DNA from: Octopus sinensis
Taxonomy: Eukaryota
Assembly (NCBI RefSeq): GCF_006345805.1
Contig: NC_043004.1
Span: 64,480,001-64,544,000, forward strand
Length of the DNA: 64,000 nt
Direction: 5' to 3'
Both the position numbers and the translations under genes were made by a program. How positions within the stretch are numbered: the first letter of the stretch is position 1; each line of letters begins with the position of its first letter. The notes beneath the pieces were generated by a model. It saw only the letters and a program-made list of their open reading frames with translations, made no database searches and had not been told where the DNA came from. Below are positions 37,015 through 50,721 of the stretch, one piece after another.

Positions 37015-37453
37015 GGATCTTTTCGGTTTGACCGGCAGTTTTTTCTAGCGGTGTCATATGAAATTGTCACCCATAATTATGACTCTAGTATCGATCTATT
37101 GCATTTCAATCTGTTTTAGGGTTAGGGTTAGAGTTAGGGTTGGTTAGGGTTAGGGGTGGGGGGAAGGGTATCTTTTTTTCTTCAGAAATGTAAATAAACC
37201 CAATCTGTTTCTTAAACGAGGGACATATTCATATGACACAGAATGTTTTCACCTCAATAGACGTCATTGTGGTTGAAATTGCAGAACAGAAATGAGAAAA
37301 AAAAAAACAAATATCTTACAAACTATAGAATTTTCTCATAAAGCCAAGAGAAAAAGATGATTTATAAACACATTCTACCAGTATACGAAATTTAAAAGTG
37401 TTTAGTTACGTGGAAATTATTTTAAAAAACTGCCGGTCAAACAGAAAAGATCC
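37015..37453. mobile_element. Non-autonomous DNA transposon with 30-bp TIRs, 8-bp TSD and an internal (TTAGGG)n tract
   Basis: GGATCTTTTC(G/T)GTTTGACCGGCAGTTTTTT TIRs 29/30 identical; TSD caacatt(c/g) at 37007-37014 and 37454-37461; TTAGGG repeats at about 37116-37153. Confidence 0.85.
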
Positions 37454-38029
37454 CAACATTGTTCCTCTGTCCATTGAGAGACAAATAACTTCTGAAAATG
37501 GCATCGGAAGTGGTAGCAAAAATGGTATTGTTGTGATGGAAGTAGTGGTGTTAGTGGTAGTGGCAAATAGTGGTATAGTCATGGTGATGCCTGTGGTGAT
37601 AACAAGTAATGGCACTGGTAGTAGTAGTATTAGTGTCAGTAACAAATAACAGTATGGTCGTTGTCCCAGTGGTAGTAGTACTAGTAGTGGTGCTTGAGGT
37701 GGTAACAAGGAGTGGTATGGATGGTGCAGCAGAAGTGTAACATCAGCTGTGGGGATGAGAAGCAGTTTTGTTGTTAAAGTAGAACAAGTAGTATTAGTGG
37801 TGGTATCTGGTAGGTGGTGGTGTTGTGGTGACAAATTCTGACTGTGCTTGTTATTGTCTCACTTCAGTGTATTCAATATAAATTATTGATTAGAGATAAT
37901 TATGAATCAAGCCCTTGTGTGACTGAGATATATATATATGAAATATGGTTTATAGTGGTTACTGTATACACACATACACGTACAGGTGTGCTTGTACAAT
38001 GTGTGTGTGTATATCTCTCTCTCTTTCTC

Positions 38030-38242
38030 TCTTTACTTGTTTCAGTCATTTGACTGCAGCCATGCTGGAGCACTGCCTTTAGTCGAGCAAATCAACTCCA
38101 GGACTTATTCTTTGTAAGCCTAGTACTTATTCTATCGGTCTCTTTTGCGGAACTGCTTAGTGACGGGGACATTAACACACCAGTATCGGTTGTCAAGCAA
38201 TGCTAGGGGGACAAACACAGACACAGAAACATACACGCACAC

Positions 38243-38329
<87 letters not shown>

Positions 38330-38457
38330 CATATATACGACAGGCTTCTTTCAATTTCCATCTACCAATCCACTCATAAGGCTTTGGTCGGCCCAAGGCT
38401 ATAGTAGAAGACACTTGCCCAATATGCCATGCAGAAGAACTGAACTCAGAACCACTC
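38030..38457 (-). mobile_element. SINE family A, 5' truncated
   Basis: Tail 38030-38225, (TA)n, head 38335-38457. Confidence 0.85.
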
Positions 38458-39905
38458 AGCCAATATATATATATATATACACACACATATATACATACAT
38501 GCACATACGCATACATGTATATATGTGTCTGTGTGTGTGAATATGTATATATACATATGTGTGTATACATTTCTATGTGTATATATATATTTTTCTATAT
38601 GCACATATGTGTGTTTATATGCATATAAACACATAATATATATGAAAATGTACACATATATATTTCTGTGGGTGCATGTATGTGTACAGATATATAAACC
38701 AGTCTTAGTGTTACTCATGTATAACACTACTCGGTGGCTATGTAAACACACACACACACACACATAACAGTATGTAAACAAAGCCCTCAGACACACCTGT
38801 ATAACTTCTTGCTCACCCAGCATAGTCATCATGTCCACACCTATGTATACTCCCACCCATAAAACCCCTTTCCCTAGCCTCCACACCCTCATGTTGCCCC
38901 ACCTTGTTTTACATCAATACTCACCCCACCACCCCTTGTGCATGCACACTGATATATATAAGTATCAAATGGAACATCCTGTTGCAAACTCTTCGACTCT
39001 TCATTTCATTTTGTGATACACTTGTACACGTGCACACGCACACACACGCACACACACACGCACACACACACACACACACACACACTTCACATATACACAG
39101 ACACATGGTACACACGCATACACTAACAAATATATGAACACACGCTCATTCATGCAGTCATATTCACAGTCATTCATGCTCAGGTTTATGCACACACACA
39201 CACATACATTTGCGTGTGTGCACACACACCCACTCGCCCACACACACTCTCTTGCATTAACACTCACACACAAATGCTCGCCCACTCACACCCATGCACA
39301 GACTCATTCACACACACACACACTTGCATGCACATACACACACATACACCTTCACATGCATGCACATTCACTCATACACACACACACACTCTTGATACAC
39401 ATACACACACTCTTGCACACACATACACAATGACTCACAAATACAGACATACCACTTACACACAAACACCTGATGCATTCACACATACAGTGTCTCTCTC
39501 TCTCTCACACACACACACACCATTGCATGTGCACACCCATCTTTTACTGAACCCAGAATATGAGGAAATAAAGGAGAGATGAGGAGGGCGAGGTAACTCT
39601 GTTGTAAATAGAAACCTTTTAAAAGAGAGTTGACCTTCTTTCAGTTTGAATGTGGAGACCAGAGCAGGTGTAGCTGGCCACGCCTTTTCACTGATTGACA
39701 ATTCAATGTGACATTGGTTAATTGCATTATGTCCACAAATACAGGTGCAATTGTCTATCTGGCTAGACTAATGAGTCAATAGATTGATTCATATATGTGT
39801 GTGTGTGTGTGTATATTTGTTTGGATATATATTTGTGAGTATATGTATGTATGGATGTATGTATATAGTTGTGTGTAAGTGTATACATATATATTTGTGT
39901 GTGGG

Positions 39906-39945
<40 letters not shown>

Positions 39946-40456
39946 ACGTGTATGTATGTATATAGTTGTGCATGTGTATATGTATATATATTTGTGTGTG
40001 TGTGTGTGTGTATATATATAATTGTATGTGTGCGTGTGCTGAGATGTATGTGTATGGATGGATTTAGATTCATAGTTGGATAACTGGGTAGATAAGAGGG
40101 TGCATGGCTGACTGAATAAGTGGGTGGCTGGATGGGTGTCTACTTATTGTTTAGCCCTGGGTCTGAGTCAGGTATGAGGTTGAAACATATATAAACAGTG
40201 ATGTTCTGAGACAATGACCATCCTCTCCAGTGTTTCTCTTGTTTTGTTTTGCCAAGCTCATGCTTAGTGTATCTGAGACTACACTATTTAATGTGTCCTT
40301 CCTTTTCTGTTTCTTTAAGATGGTAGGGAGTGATTTAAGGGAGGACGATTTTTCTGGCAAGATGTGAATTTATAGACCACCTCATGTTTGGAGGTACCCT
40401 GCATATATTATTGCTGTGAGTGTGTGTGTGTGTGTGTATTGGAAATATATACATGG

Positions 40457-40776
40457 AGAGCCCCCTTCGGTCATGAATGACCATAGGATTGCACCTAGAA
40501 AGTTACTCTCTGAGGCACATGTCCAGGCAAGGTTGTTTGTAAAAGGTCAACAGTCACCCATGCATACCAGCCTCTCCTCTCCACACCACTGATGTTATCC
40601 AAGGGAAAGACAAAGGGGCCGATACAGCTTGGCACCAGTGATGTTGAAACCCATTTCCACAGCTGAGTGAACTGGAGCAACATGAAATAAAGTGTCTTGC
40701 TCAAGAACACAACACACAGCCCGGTCCAGGAATTGAACTCACAACCTCACGATCGTAAGCTCCACACTCTAACCAC
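40457..40776 (-). mobile_element. SINE family D
   Basis: Reverse complement of the 7286-7626 family. Confidence 0.85.
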
Positions 40777-40802
40777 ACTACACCAGCGAATATTATTATT
40801 CT

Positions 40803-40989
40803 TCAGAATCATTAGCACTCCAGGTGAAATGCTTAGTGGTATTTCATCTACCTCTACATTCTGAGTTCAAATTCTGCCAAGGTCAACTTTACCTTTCATC
40901 CTTTCAGGGTCAATTAAATAAGTACCAGTTACATACTGGAGTCGATGTAATCGACTTAATTCTCTCCCTCATGGTAAAAATTTTGAATA

Positions 40990-41032
<43 letters not shown>

Positions 41033-41240
41033 CAGTGAGCTGGCAGAATCGTTAGCATGCCTGGCAAAATGCTTTTGCAGCATGTCATCCGTCTTCACAT
41101 TCTGAGTTCAAATTCCACCAGGGTCAACTTTGCCTTTCATCTTTACAGGGTCAATGTAATCAACTTACCTCTTCCCTTCAAAATTTTAGGCTTTGTACTT
41201 TTAGTAGAAAGGATTATTATTATTATTATTATTATTATCA
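40803..41240 (+). mobile_element. Two tandem SINE family C copies separated and followed by (TTA)n
   Basis: Heads near 40803 and 41032; ctgagttcaaattc..caactt..cctttcatc core in both. Confidence 0.8.
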
Positions 41241-41444
41241 TTAGTAGTAGTAGCAGCAGCAGCAGCAGCAGGAGCAGCTCATTTTTTTATATTTCTTTAT
41301 TTATCATTTCTTAAGCAATCTTTCCCCCACCCCTATTCAACTTATATATTTCTCAGATAGACACAAACACACTCACACACACACAATCTAGGCTTGAGTG
41401 ATCAGCTAAGATGGGAAGGAGAGTGTCTGTGTGTCTACTATGCA

Positions 41445-41492
<48 letters not shown>

Positions 41493-43489
41493 TGTGTATA
41501 CACACACATACAGAGTACAAGATATTTGGACCATCACCTCACTCCCCCACCAATATGCACTGCTTCATTGATTAAATCAGAACAACCACCACCACCACCA
41601 CCACCACCACCATCACCAGTAATATCACTACCACTACCATCTAAACTATCATATTACCACCACTACTACCGCTTCTGTTACCACCACTGCTACTGTTACT
41701 TCAACTATCACCACCACCACCACTACCACTACTACTTAAACTACTACAGCCACCACCACCACTACTGCTACAACCAATACTACCATCACCACCACAACTA
41801 CTATCACCACAATTACTACCGCCACTACTACCACCGATATCACTACTACTACTACTGCAACCACCATTACTACCACTGCCACTACTACTTCTACTACTAC
41901 CGCTGGTACTACACTACCACTGTGACCACTACCACCTCCACAATGTAAATAGTAAAGCTCACATTGCAGGAAATTAAAACCTTTTACCAAACTACAGTCA
42001 GCTACTTTACTGTCTGTCTGTCTGTCTGTCTGTCTGTCCTAGCTTCTCCCTCTCTCTCCCACCCCCTCTCTCCCTCACACACCCCAACCATCCCATGCTG
42101 TCCCTGTTCTGCTTCCTTTATTTTTCTCTAACTTTGCTGGATATATCTTAGATGAAGGCCCTACCCCCACCTCTCACACCCACACACCCACACCCTATCC
42201 TTCTTTCAAGATGGTGGTGGTGGTGGGGTGGTGGTGGTGGTGGTGGTGGTGGTGGTGGTGATGTTTAAATGTGATGGGCCCATAGAAGTGGTGGTGGGGT
42301 AGGGGCAAGCAGGGAGGTGGATTATCACGAATGGTGGTGGGAGGAGGGGTAGAGGATTTTCTTCTTTCCATTGGGTGGGGCAGGTGGCGGTGGTGTCTGG
42401 GGAGGGTGAAGTGAGGAGCAAAGACCTAAGGGGCTCTTGTTTCTTTTTTGTTTGTTTCATTTTTTTCTTTCCTGAGTTTTTGTCTTGAAGCCACAGAACA
42501 TTGAACTTGTATGGGGGAAAGAATGGTTTGCAGAGGGATCAGTTGAACTCAGTAGCAGTAGTAGCAGCAGCTGCAGTGGTGGTGGTAGTAGCAGTAGTAA
42601 CAGCAGCAGCAGCCGCAGTAGTAGTAGTAGTAGTTATGATAGTAGTACGAGGGGGAGGTATCAATATATAATTAGATTTTGGTAGTAGCAATAGTTGTTG
42701 TTTCAGTGGTGGTAGTATTGGCGATGGTAGTGGTAGTTATAAATAAATAATAATAATAATAATAATAGTGGTGGTAGAAGTAGTAACGGTGGTGGTGGTA
42801 GAAGTACTAATGGTGATAGTAGTGGTTGCAGAGGTGGTTGCATGAGTTTGGTTCCCTAAGAGACTCCTCCTCCACCCACTGCCCCATAGTTATGGTCAGT
42901 GTACTACTGGTATTTGTGAGGGCATATGGCCAAGTGGTTGTGGTGTTGCACTCATGATTGCAAGCTCATGGTTTCAATTCCTGGACCGGACGATGGAGCC
43001 ATGTTCTTGTGCAAAACGCTTCTTTTCATGTTGCCCTGCAATCACTTTGACACCTGATGCATGCCACACTGTGCACCTGTTCAGGTAACGTCGATTTTTA
43101 TGAAGAGAGTGAGCTAATGTACAACATGTACTTTCATTCTTTTATTTGTTTCACTCATTTGACTGCGGCCATGCCTCACAGGATTTTTTAGTCAAAGAAA
43201 TCGACCCCATGATTTATTCTTTGTTAGCCTAGTACTTATACTATCAGTCTCTTTTACTGAACTGCCAAGTTACAGGAACATAAATACACTAACACTGTAG
43301 TGGGGGAAAGAAGACACTCGCACATAAATATATATAAACACACATATATATATACACATAGACAAATAAATGGACAAACAAAAGAAGGGCACTCAAAAAT
43401 ATATATACATGTATATATACTTTGGGTATGGTATATGAGTTCAGCTTATTTGCTTATTTTGATACATGTATATATATATATATATATAT

Positions 43490-43652
43490 TTTTTTTTTTT
43501 CTCTCCTTGTTTTTTTCTGTGTACCTTTCTGTAGAAGAGCGTAGGCTCGAAACGTAAAACACTTTTTCTATTCCTGAGCATTATACTAATACATTTGTTT
43601 GTTTGTACTCCACCTGCCTTTGTCTTTTGTTTATTTTCGTAAACTTTCCCTT
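43490..43652 (+). mobile_element. Short PLE-terminal-repeat-like element with a minimal hammerhead-like motif (43525-43560)
   Basis: CTTT CTGTAGA A GAGC GTAG GCTC GAAA CG TA AAAC; flanked by (TA)n on both sides. Confidence 0.65.
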
Positions 43653-43667
43653 TATATATATATATAT

Positions 43668-44185
43668 ATGATGTACAAGACGGGGCTGAGCACCGATCCT
43701 TGGTGAACCTCTACTTGTACCCTGAATTTTTTGCTGTACTCATTGCCAACCTCACCTTACTGGTAGCATCCCTGTACATGACTTGTACAGCACTTACCAA
43801 CCACTCATCTATCCTTAGTTTCCACATTGACCACCAGATAAGGGATTGGGAGATTATGCCAAAGGCTTTCTCCAAGTCAACAAAGGACAAGCACAGAGCT
43901 TTATCTCTAGCCAGGTATTTCTCCTGCAGCTGTCTCACCAGAAATGTAGCATCAGTGGTGCCTCTCTCTGGCACAAAACCAAACTGTATCTCATCTAAGC
44001 CAGCTCTGTCCTTAATTAGTTGGGCTATGACTCTCTCTCTGTAAATTTCATCACCTGATCCAGCAATTTGATACTTCTATAATTATTTCTTTCTAAGGCA
44101 TCACCTTTACCTTTGTAACAGTTGACTATGGTGCTGCTACACTAGTCATTGTGAATGACCCCTTTATGAACCACCTTGTCATACC
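43668..44185 (-). pseudogene. RTE-clade LINE reverse transcriptase fragment
   Basis: IVNCYKGKGDALERNNYRSIKLLDQVMK...DEIQFGFVPERGTTDATFLVRQLQEKY...SFVDLEKAF...VHQGSVLSP, with frameshifts; ends at a (TA)n tract. Confidence 0.9.
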
Positions 44186-45024
44186 TATATGTGTGTGTGT
44201 GTGTGACAAGCTTCTTTCAGTTTCTACCAACCAAATCTGCTCACAAGGCTTTGGTCGGCCTGAGACTATAGTAGAAGACACTTGCCCAAGATGCTATGCA
44301 GTGGGACTGAACCTGGAACCATGTGGTTGAGAAGCAAGCTTCTTACCACACAGCCATGCCTGTGCTTATAAATAAATATGACAAGCTTCTTTCAGTTTCC
44401 ATCTACAAGATCCACTTACAAAGTTTTGGTTAGCCTGGGACTATAGCAGAAGACACAAGGTATTACACAGTGGGACTAATAAATATATAAATATGTAAGA
44501 CAAAGCATAAATAATGATCCATACATACTACTTTATGGTAGTAAAGTCAAATTTACACCAATAAGGTAATATGCAGTGACCATTATTTATACCTTGTCTG
44601 AGTAAAATCCGGTATAACCAGAACACAACCATGGATTTACAATATACAATGGTGATGGACTATAACTGCGGATCCTGCCACAAGAAGACACAGAGTTCTT
44701 TACTAATCTAAATAATATTGTTAGCATTGTGTATTAACAGAGAACTTATAAAGTATTTTGTCTGGATTCAAAATTTCTAACTAATAACTCTTGTTATATA
44801 TATATATATACTTATGTATGTATGGGTACAGGACGTCACCAACTGTCCAAATAACATGGAAAATGAGTGAAATACGTAAACACCACGAAAAAAATGGAAA
44901 ACAGGGCAAGTTAACACAGAAAGAAGACCCTTCATCAGCTGTCGATCTACCTCTCATTTCAAGTATTCAAATGAATGGCTGGTTCAAATCATCACTGTTC
45001 ATGTTTCAATAGAGTTGTATACTC

Positions 45025-45289
45025 CAAATATGAATCCATTGCATAATGTAATAGATAAAAGTCTATAAATTCATGTTATTACATAACCATACCATTTCTT
45101 CAGGGGATATTCTCTCAGATATTTTCCAAATGATATTCTACCAAATATTTTGGCAAAACACCAAAATATTTTGTAGTGTATCACCTGGAAAATATCCATC
45201 AGAATATCACCTGAAGAAATGGTATGGTTATGTAATAATATGATTTTATATAATGTTACCTATTAAGTTAAGCAATGGATTCATATTTG
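45025..45289. repeat. Older degenerate fold-back palindrome
   Basis: 45076-45128 versus 45186-45238 (48/53); perfect 18-bp outer pair 45025-45042 and 45272-45289; inner pairing continues to a caaaaca loop. Confidence 0.85.
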
Positions 45290-45713
45290 AAAATAAGATG
45301 CTACTGAAGCAATGCATGTGATGGTGCTCTGAACAACCCATTCTTAATCATTCTTGTTTATTAAATATTACACCTTGCAAAATGTACCAATTATTTCTTT
45401 AATACATACACAGACTTGCAATATACTGGGATTCTATAGATTGTAGATTTGACCAGTTGAATAGTTTTTTTTTTTTTTTTTTTTGCTGGAACAGTCTATC
45501 TAGCCAAAAATATGCAGAGATGCTTCTAAGTTAATTTGCCAAGATTTGCTCAAACCCCTCGGTTTTACTATATATATATTGTTGTGTATTTGGAGGATAA
45601 TTACACCAATAATGATAACACACACACAGGCTCAATTCCACTTCTTTATTGTTAGTCAGTTGGTTAGATATATATGTGTGTGTATGTGTCTGTGTGCTTG
45701 TGTAATATTACTC

Positions 45714-45744
<31 letters not shown>

Positions 45745-45959
45745 ATATATTGTAATAACCAGTAATATAATAAGGGGGATTCAATTCAATTGACTACTCA
45801 ACTTGGCTTTCAAATTTCTGAATTTCTGGTGTTCTGCCAAAGGTGGAAATCTTTATTTTTATTTACACTTTCTTTTATAAATAATTTAAAATGGCATGAA
45901 GGAGGGCAAAAACGGCGGAACAGGTTATACGGAGCACGTGGCAACTGCAGCAGAAACAC

Positions 45960-45997
<38 letters not shown>

Positions 45998-46582
45998 CAA
46001 ACTTGAGATACCAGTGTGATAGTTGCAAAACTAATCATTTGAGACAAAGGATGTCCAAAGGGTATTTCAACTTCACTTACAAGAATAATGCCCTTGAGAA
46101 AGCTTTCAACATCTCACAATCCAGTACCACCACCACCACCACCATCCATCACCATGAAAATCCCAAACTTTCCCTTTCAATCCCCATCACCCCATTCTTT
46201 GCTTTCCTATAAATCTGAGGATTTCTGTCTCACTAAAGAAATCGTTATTTTTTTCCTTTACTTTTCTCTTTGTGTTTTTTTCAATGTTTCTTTGTTTTCT
46301 TTTCTTTTGTTTTATTCTGTTTTATTTTATTTTATTTTATTTTATTTGTTTATTTTTAACATCTTGGATTATTGAGCAATTCAATTAGAATCTGAAACGT
46401 AACAGAAAAGGAAAAGAAAAGAAGAAATTTCTGGAACACTTTCTTTCTTGCTTGCTTCCTTTCTTTCTTTCTTCCTTCCTTCCTTCCTTCTTTCTTCTTA
46501 AGTATGTGAACAGTTGCTAGCATTAAATACAGTAATTATACAGGGTTTGAGCAAAGTGAAAACTGAACAAGAAAAGGAAAAG

Positions 46583-46651
46583 AATTTATACTATAATAAT
46601 AATAATAATAGTAATTATAATAGCAATAATAATAGTAATTATAATAGCAAA

Positions 46652-46690
<39 letters not shown>

Positions 46691-46699
46691 TATAATAGC

Positions 46700-46734
<35 letters not shown>

Positions 46735-46809
46735 TGATAATGAGTATATTGGGTATTTCTCATTTGTACTCCCAGTGTCACTTTGATAGGTTGCATTGTT
46801 CTCTTACAC

Positions 46810-46844
<35 letters not shown>

Positions 46845-47086
46845 TAATAATGTTTTCAAATTTTGCCACAAGAGCAGCAATTTGTGGGGAAGGAATGAGT
46901 CGATAACATCAACCCCAGTGTTCAACTGGTACTTAATTCATAGACCCCCGAAAGGATGAAAGGCAAAGTCAGCCTTGACGGAATTTGAACTCAGAACATA
47001 GTGAAGGGCGAAATATCGTTTAGCCTTTCGTCCAGTGCTTGCCGCCTTAGATAATAATAATAATAGTAGTGATAATAATAATAATG

Positions 47087-47135
<49 letters not shown>
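46583..47135. repeat. Long (AAT)n field containing a SINE family C copy (about 46850-47046, minus strand)
   Basis: Direct inspection. Confidence 0.85.
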
Positions 47136-47139
<4 letters not shown>

Positions 47140-47634
47140 CCTGAAGACAGAATAAAAGTTATTTTGAAGGTTAAACTCAGTCTATTTGTACTGAGAATGC
47201 TTTTGGCAGCAGAGGCAGGTAAGAGGAAGTATTTTGAAATGTTACTGGATGAAATAGGTGGCTGCTGGTTCTGGTGTTGCTGCTGCCATGAGAGTGTGGT
47301 GTGGTGTGGTGGTGGATGGTGGGGAGGAGAATAGAGCCAAACTAAATTGGTCAGTCAAAAGGTTGCCAGAGGCAAAAGCAAGTAAATTGAAGGAATGTAA
47401 TTTTCCGTCGTCAGTCCAAAGATAATTGGATATTTGACCATTTCAGGTCCGAATCCAGATGTCAGCCACATACAGTCTTGTCAACTACAAAAGCACTTAC
47501 AATCAATTGGCTTCATCTGGATTTTTTCTTCCCTTTTCCCTTAAATGTGTGTCGTACATATATGTGTGTGTGCGTTTTCATATATATATATATGTGCGTG
47601 TGTGTATATATGTATGTATACACATACACAAATA

Positions 47635-47716
47635 CAGAGGTTGGTGTCCATAAAGTATCTTTACAAAGTCTACACTTTCTTACTCTAAACTGTAATGGTA
47701 ATTTATGAACAACCTG
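47635..47716. mobile_element. Tc1/mariner-type MITE of about 80 bp (second copy at 59107-59186)
   Basis: gtgtccataaagtatctttaca is inverted to tgtaatggtaatttatgaacaacctg; two copies in the window. Confidence 0.7.
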
Positions 47717-48121
47717 TGTGTGTGTGTGTGTGTGCGTGTGTGTGTGTGTGTGTGCGTGTGTGTGTGTGTGTGTTATATTGTTTGTGTGAAGAATTTCATT
47801 TGTGTTCGGTTGAGCAAGCAGTTTAAGAGTTTGTTGACCAATGTAATGTTGTATATTGACATCGCATTAACAGAGACTTTCCCCGTTGTTTTTCACAGCC
47901 AGGCATGTATTTGCTCACAATCACCAATTATCATCATCATCTTCATCCACATTGTTTGTATCACCAGCATAATCATCCTCTCCTTCCTCATCATCAACAT
48001 TTCAATGCTGTATCAGCACTCTTCTCAGCCCGTATCTTCTTGTCTATGCAGCCTGGCATCCAGTGTTTGCAAGGTCTGATGGCATAACGTGTGGTAGATG
48101 GAAACTGAAAGAAGCCCGTCC

Positions 48122-48179
<58 letters not shown>

Positions 48180-48645
48180 ATATGTGTGTGTGTTTGCGTG
48201 TCTGTGTTTGTCCCCCAACATCTCTTGACAACCGATGCAGATTTGGCTGCGCAATAAGAAGCTTGTTTCTCAATCACATGGTTCTGGGTTCAGTCCCACT
48301 GCATGGTACCTTGGACAAGTGTCTTCTACTATAGTCTGGGGCCAACCTTGTGAGTGGATTTGGAAGATGGAAACATATGTGCGTGTGTGTGCGTGCGTAT
48401 CTATCTATGTATGTGTGTCATTGTGACTGTGTTTGTCCTCCACCACTGCTTGGGCAACCGGTGTAGGTAGGTAGGTGGGTAGGTAGGTATAGTTTTTTCT
48501 TCATAAAGATATTCTTATCAATTACATATATGTTCGTGTGTGCATCAATGTCTGTTTAAAACTATTTTGAGAGAAAGTTTTAGGTTTAATACTGTATGTG
48601 CCCATATATATTACATGCACACACGAACACATGGAAAATGGATGC

Positions 48646-48703
<58 letters not shown>

Positions 48704-49271
48704 GTTGTTGTTGTTGTTGTTGTTGTTATTATTATATTGCAAACAAATTCTCTGCTAACAGGATTTCCATTTAGTACAGCTATGTGTCATTGCCATTATC
48801 AATGCTGCCAACAAATGCTGTTTTAAAAGGGTTAAATTTAACCCTCTGTATGAATCACCAGGCACTGGACAATAAATGAATAGCAGAATTATTATTAATT
48901 GCTATACAAAAACATATGGCTACATTTGGGAAAAAAAAATTGCAGGGTAGGGGTAGGCGTTTAAAAAGTGGAGTGTTTGAGAGAGGCTTCTCATATTGAA
49001 ACCTGTCTCTCTGCCGATTAGTCTGCTTCTCTGTCTCTCATTCTCCCTTTCTGTATATCTACTTCCCTTTCTCTCTCTCCTCCCTATCTCTCTCTCTCTC
49101 TCTCTTTCATTTTTCACTATTTCTCTTGCTTTCTTAGTTTTCAAATATACGCATATGTGCATGAGCACGCACACACATACATGTGCATGTATTTACATAC
49201 ATATGCACACTTACATATTTCTCAGGCATGCTTTTAGTTGTATATACAAACAGATGGATAGACAGATATAG

Positions 49272-49322
<51 letters not shown>

Positions 49323-49498
49323 TATATACATACTATATGTACATACATCTATATATATATATATATAATATAATATAAATAAGATATATATATATATATT
49401 ATGTAATATAATATAAATAATATATATATATATAAAATATAAATAAAATATATATTTATGCATATGCATACATACTTACTATATATATATATTATATA

Positions 49499-49531
<33 letters not shown>

Positions 49532-49555
49532 TATATATATATGTGTATATACATG

Positions 49556-49652
<97 letters not shown>

Positions 49653-49995
49653 CATGCATGTGTGGGCACAGGACTTGTGTGTGTATGTGTTTGTGTTAAA
49701 TATATAAGCACCAATATGCTTGTTTGTGCTTCTTTCTTTATGTTTGTGTCTGCTTACAAAATAAAGAGAAAAAGATTATTGGAAAATAAAGTACTACGCA
49801 CATATTAATCACAAGTGATGCATTCTTACACACGTGCATACATAAATATGTATACACATACATATGCATTCTCACATATTTCACAGTCATGTATTCAGCT
49901 GAATATATATATATATAGATATATATTATATATATATATATATATGTATAGATAAATAGATTGATGGATGGATGGATATGTGTGTGCACACATAC

Positions 49996-50033
<38 letters not shown>

Positions 50034-50038
50034 ATGTA

Positions 50039-50721
50039 CTAGCTGACGTACCTGGTAAGTTCCAGGAAAGCGGGGCTTATTCCTTGGTTCCATTCTCATA
50101 ATTGTTTCGCCAATCCAGTAGCCCTTAAGACAGTTTTTGTGCATTAATAGAGAATACCAAACTCTCTTACACAGTATCTTGTTTTAGGAATTCCCAATAA
50201 GTTATGAATACACAAATTGTGAAGTCAGTTATCTAATAATATGAAATTAGTTACCCAATAGTAAGAATTCAAATAAAGTAGCCCTGAAAAGGGCTTTAAT
50301 GCATTCCCATAGTATATAGAACTTAGGAACTATTGTTTAGGAAAATACTATTTACTTATTTAAGGGTTGTACTGGATAAATTGCGAAAATAACTCTAATA
50401 GTTCCAATACTAAGAAATAAGCATACTCAATTTGATTTATACCAAATAACTTAGGAAAATGAATGAGTTATTTCCCTTGTCTATATATAAGGATCCCTTC
50501 CAAGAGCGATTGGGTTATTTCCCTTGGATGTTAAAATAAAATATATTAGTTATATATAAGGATCCCTTCCAGGGGGCCCTATTATCAATTTTTTCAACAA
50601 TCTGAGTATGCCATGAGGGTTCCAGACATGAGTTCTACTCACGTGTCAAGTTCCATCAAAATCGATAAAACGATGCAGGAGGAGTTAACAGAATTTCCAA
50701 CATATGTGCTAGACTATATTT
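50039..50721 (-). mobile_element. Helitron/DINE-like non-autonomous element
   Basis: CTAG|T terminus at 50039-50042 with hairpin cctgg-taagtt-ccagg; DINE-like aagttccatcaaaatcgat motif next to the (GTAT)n tract. Confidence 0.6.

Noticed and set aside
37116-37153. True telomere or chromosome-fusion scar
   Set aside because: The tract is short, degenerate, in one orientation and enclosed in a TIR element.
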